NCBI GenBank assembly: GCA_002338385.1
Contig: DDIE01000034.1
Location: 22,828-61,572, forward strand
From: Proteobacteria bacterium UBA1858
GTDB taxonomy: Bacteria > Pseudomonadota > Gammaproteobacteria > UBA4575
Direction of reading: 5' to 3'
DNA: 38,745 nt
The notes under the pieces are model-generated. The model was not told where the DNA came from and did not search any database. It worked only from the letters and a program-made list of their open reading frames with translations. Of the stretch, positions 37,295 through 38,745 are shown piece by piece. Position 1 is the first letter of the stretch. The number at the start of each line of letters is the position of its first letter. Position numbers and translations under genes: made by a program.

Positions 37295-37552
37295 ATGAAA
37301 AAATTATTTATTGGCAACTTGCCAACCAGTACCAATCTCCAAGAGCTGGAGACATTGTTCTCAGAATTTGGTCGCGTGCGTTCATCGCAGCTGGTCACCG
37401 ATGTATTCTCAGGTAAATGCAAAGGCTTTGGATTTATTGAAATGGAAGGCCATGAGGCTCGTGCAGCAATTGCTGGACTGAATGGCAAAGATTTTAATGG
37501 ACAACCCTTGCGCGTTAATTTTGAAGCACCCAAGACAGGTCGACGCCGATAG
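37295..37552 (+). CDS. Single-RRM RNA-binding protein
   Basis: KLFIGNL (RNP2), KGFGFIEM (RNP1) and AIAGLNG...LRVN; GGAG SD. Confidence 0.93.
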   Translation: MKKLFIGNLPTSTNLQELETLFSEFGRVRSSQLVTDVFSGKCKGFGFIEMEGHEARAAIAGLNGKDFNGQPLRVNFEAPKTGRRR

Positions 37553-37577
37553 TACAGCTTGGATAACAGAACGTTTT

Positions 37578-37609
37578 AGTAAAATAACCGCATGTGCGGT
37601 TATTTTACT
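37578..37609. terminator. Bidirectional terminator between convergent genes
   Basis: Perfect 15-bp inverted repeat AGTAAAATAACCGCA-tg-TGCGGTTATTTTACT. Confidence 0.85.
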
Positions 37610-37632
37610 TAACATAATAATAGATCAGCCGC

Positions 37633-37827
37633 TTACTTCAGCCAGTTCGACATCTTTTCAGTCGACTTTTCTTGGCCATCTTCATACCCTTCTGAGTAAG
37701 CATCAGTCAGGCGCTGTTCTTCGCGCTCAGGATGACCCAGATAACCGCCTTGCCAGCCTAATACATATTCTGGATCGACTCCCATAGTTTCCATGTCTGT
37801 GATTGTGTCGCGATATTGTTGATCCAT
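37633..37827 (-). CDS. Small acidic protein resembling Alvin_2107 family (sulfur-globule oxidation associated)
   Basis: Start at ATG 37827 with AGGAGG SD; GVDPEYVLGWQGGYLGHPEREEQR..DAY.EGYEDG; family name from recall. Confidence 0.7.
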   Translation of the reverse strand: MDQQYRDTITDMETMGVDPEYVLGWQGGYLGHPEREEQRLTDAYSEGYEDGQEKSTEKMSNWLK

Positions 37828-37852
37828 TTTTAAACCTCCTATTATCTGTCTA

Positions 37853-38745
37853 TTAATTGTGAAAACATTGTTTTGCCTTGCCAGTAGCAATGGCTGCAGC
37901 GGCCAGCTGAGCTCCTTCTGAAAGTGATTCCGCTTTGCCCATGTGCTGCAGGACTATCGCCGCAGAGTATAATAAACAATCTCTGGCAGCGCCTTCTTTT
38001 CCATCCAATGCTGCCAGACCCGCTTGCGCGCTGGCGATTGCTAGTGCCTCCACATCGACACTGGCTTGTGAGGATTGATCTGACCTCATACAATCCGCAG
38101 GAATTGGCTCGCAGCGCTGCTGCTGCGTGATCGCCAGTTGCTCAGGTGCGGTGTCGATCTCGTGTAAAGCGCCCTCGAGACCATGATATTCAAAATACTT
38201 GGCAGGTTTATTCAGAGCCGGAGTAATTCCGCCTTCAACCCCTCGAATGATCGCTGCGGAATCAAATCCCGCCAACTTTGCTAACTTCTCGTAGACCGGA
38301 GGATAAGGCTTATGCACATAACCGGTAACTAAATGCGTAGAGACACGTCCGCACACTGGTTTTGCTAGTACTTCAACGGTAGTCAATACCGGGCGCTTAA
38401 TCATGCGCTTTCTGAGTGGTACCAAGTCATGTAATGGCTTGCAAAAACTGGCCTGATCAAGATACGCCCAGGCAATATCTGCCTGACTGATTCTTGCCGC
38501 AGCCTGCTGTGGGCTGAGGTCTACGTCGATGCCTGCAGCCTTTAATACTTTGCGTTGTGTGACTCCAAATTTAGGTCCCACTTCGTCCAGTCCATGACTG
38601 CAAGCAGGTAACCCACAGGCAGCCAGCAAGGCAGGCAGGAATGCCATTACTGGGGCGCCACGCAAATATCCATCATAGGGCTCAGCAATATCAACTACTC
38701 GGTCAACCTCAGCCGTAACACGATCGGTCGCATCGAGCACGGCTT
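37853..38745 (-). CDS. TrpD-like/YbiB-type glycosyltransferase family 3 protein (5' end outside window)
   Basis: TrpD-like architecture (DIAEPYDG, SHG...GPKFGVT, LR...KRP..TVE, GYVHKPY, RGVEG) without the TrpD GTGGD loop. Confidence 0.75.
   Translation of the reverse strand, partial: AVLDATDRVTAEVDRVVDIAEPYDGYLRGAPVMAFLPALLAACGLPACSHGLDEVGPKFGVTQRKVLKAAGIDVDLSPQQAAARISQADIAWAYLDQASFCKPLHDLVPLRKRMIKRPVLTTVEVLAKPVCGRVSTHLVTGYVHKPYPPVYEKLAKLAGFDSAAIIRGVEGGITPALNKPAKYFEYHGLEGALHEIDTAPEQLAITQQQRCEPIPADCMRSDQSSQASVDVEALAIASAQAGLAALDGKEGAARDCLLYSAAIVLQHMGKAESLSEGAQLAAAAIATGKAKQCFHN

Noticed and set aside
36964-37533. Minus-strand ORFs of 91 and 97 aa
   Set aside because: Antisense shadows of the csp and RRM genes.
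37853-38745. Calling this gene trpD
   Set aside because: It lacks the GTGGD and KHGN motifs and has no trp operon context.
18265-38745. Sulfur region as a mobile genomic island
   Set aside because: No integrase, transposase, tRNA or flanking direct repeats seen, and no obvious compositional break by eye.

Overview
Chromosomal window of a sulfur-oxidising gammaproteobacterium (inferred from gene content and order), with three blocks. (1) 1-18262 is housekeeping: the dcw cluster on the minus strand (mraZ-rsmH-ftsL-ftsI-murE-murF-mraY-murD-ftsW-murG-murC-murB, murB truncated at the edge), RNase P RNA, rsmI, lpoA, yraN and a GlcD-like FAD oxidase. (2) 18265-29140 is a reverse dissimilatory sulfite reductase operon, dsrABEFHCMKLJOP (minus strand), with no dsrN/R/S attached. 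(3) 29501-38745 is an accessory block. Its best candidate for an undescribed system is a five-gene unit divergent from dsrA: TauD-like dioxygenase, 64-aa protein, orphan type I-MYXAN-like Cas6 (no CRISPR array or other cas gene in the window), cysteine-free DsrC paralogue and 67-aa protein. The shared dsrA upstream region carries two near-copies of the I-MYXAN CRISPR-repeat 3' end, and the dsr operon has strong intergenic hairpins. This suggests, as a hypothesis only, a domesticated Cas6 acting on sulfur-oxidation mRNA. All family assignments come from motif recognition by eye; no database search was run.
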